A stretch of DNA of 62,858 nt, the filler included, from Reclinomonas americana ATCC 50394 (Eukaryota): assembly GCA_048213135.1 (NCBI GenBank). It is 43 parts of 43 records of this genome, joined end to end, with 100 filler letters (N's around TTAATTAATTAA, not from the genome) between each part and the next. Parts side by side here need not be neighbours in the genome. Positions count along the whole stretch, not along the records: positions 61,506 to 62,858 come from AFZH01025766.1; 42 more parts are not named here. One strand, written 5' to 3'. Both the position numbers and the translations under genes were made by a program. Shown in pieces: positions 62,121-62,858 of the stretch. Every line of letters begins with the position of its first letter. The first letter of the stretch is position 1. Below the pieces are notes generated by a model, which was not told the DNA's origin, did not search any database, and worked only from the letters and a program-made list of their open reading frames with translations.

Positions 62121-62437
62121 ATGAGCGACGCGGGCTCCACGGCAAGCTCCACACATCGCTTCTTCGATCGCAGCGACATTGACTGGCCAGGTAGGCTTGA
62201 CACAGAGAGCGAACGAGATAGAGTGAAAGACATGTCCTTCACACACTCTCTCTCTCTGTCTCTGTCCCCTCTTTCACAGCGTCGCCCGACCGTTCATCGA
62301 GTGTGCGCACTCAACGTCGACCTCGTGTGCGCACTGCGAGCTTGGATGATGATGATGATGATTTCAGTGATGGGAATGACGATGAGGCGGATATGTCGTT
62401 CATGGATCGATTGAGAGAACGAGAGCGCATTGTGCAT
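62121..62437 (+). CDS. Unknown protein, 5' exons
   Basis: MSDAGSTASSTHRFFDRSDIDWP|...SLDDDDDDFSDGNDDEADMSFMDRLRE with a GT-AG intron. Confidence 0.35.
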
Positions 62438-62858
62438 GTTGCGTGAATGCAAGAGGGGGGGAGAGGAGGGAAGAGGGGAGAGAAGGGGGAGAGGGGGCAG
62501 AGGGAAAGGGGGAGGGAGAGTCTTGTGCAATCTCTCTTCTCTTCGAAGCCTGTTCTTCTCTCTCTGCGTTCTTCCTTATCTCTCCTCTCTCACTGCTCCT
62601 TCCCCTCTCTCTCTTCTCTTCTTCTTCTTCTCCTTCTTCTTCGTCGTCTTCTTCTTCTTCGTCTTCGTCGTCTTCTTCTTCTTCTTCTTCTTCTTGTTTT
62701 TCTTCTTGTTCTTCTCTTTCGTGATCTGCTTGTTCTTCTCCTTGTTCTACTTGTTCTTCTCCTTCTTCTTTTTCTTCTTTTTCTTCTTCTTCTTGTTCTT
62801 CTTCTTGCTCTTGATCTTCTTCTTCTTCTTCTTCTTCTTCTTCTTCTCCTCTCCTCTC

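Overview
This window is not one locus. It is a concatenation of 43 unlinked contigs of about 1.35-1.37 kb, ordered roughly by length and joined by 100-nt artificial spacers (44 N + TTAATTAATTAA + 44 N), so gene neighbourhood across spacers carries no information. Three sources are visible. (1) About 39 contigs come from an intron-rich flagellated protist with GC-rich exons, short ~55-75 nt introns and abundant (GA)n/(GT)n microsatellites. They carry fragments of axonemal dynein heavy chain, a DOCK-C/D GEF, dynactin p150, SF3A1, PPIP5K/Vip1, MTHFR, an ABCA transporter, UBXN11, ARMC7, two TMEM260/DUF2723 pieces, kinases, a dual-specificity phosphatase and several giant repetitive surface proteins. 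(2) Three high-GC actinobacterial contigs (Microbacterium-like; 1-1375, 36713-38073, 52769-54124) carry a VapBC45-type toxin-antitoxin pair, Dpp/Opp permeases, a RimK-TrkA_C C-terminus and a DUF4191 gene. (3) One AT-rich, intronless contig (33788-35151) encodes an SF1 helicase C-terminus and a Polinton/Maverick-type integrase with Asp at the catalytic Glu position. The best leads are this Polinton-like viral element, a bacterial-type cadherin array built one 285-nt exon per domain, TMEM260 O-mannosyltransferase(s) in the same genome as IPT-repeat proteins, a 17-aa-repeat fibre-like protein, an ARMC7 homolog (possible minor spliceosome) and a complete Ig-fold transcription-factor-like gene. All homology calls are from motif recognition by eye; no searches were run.
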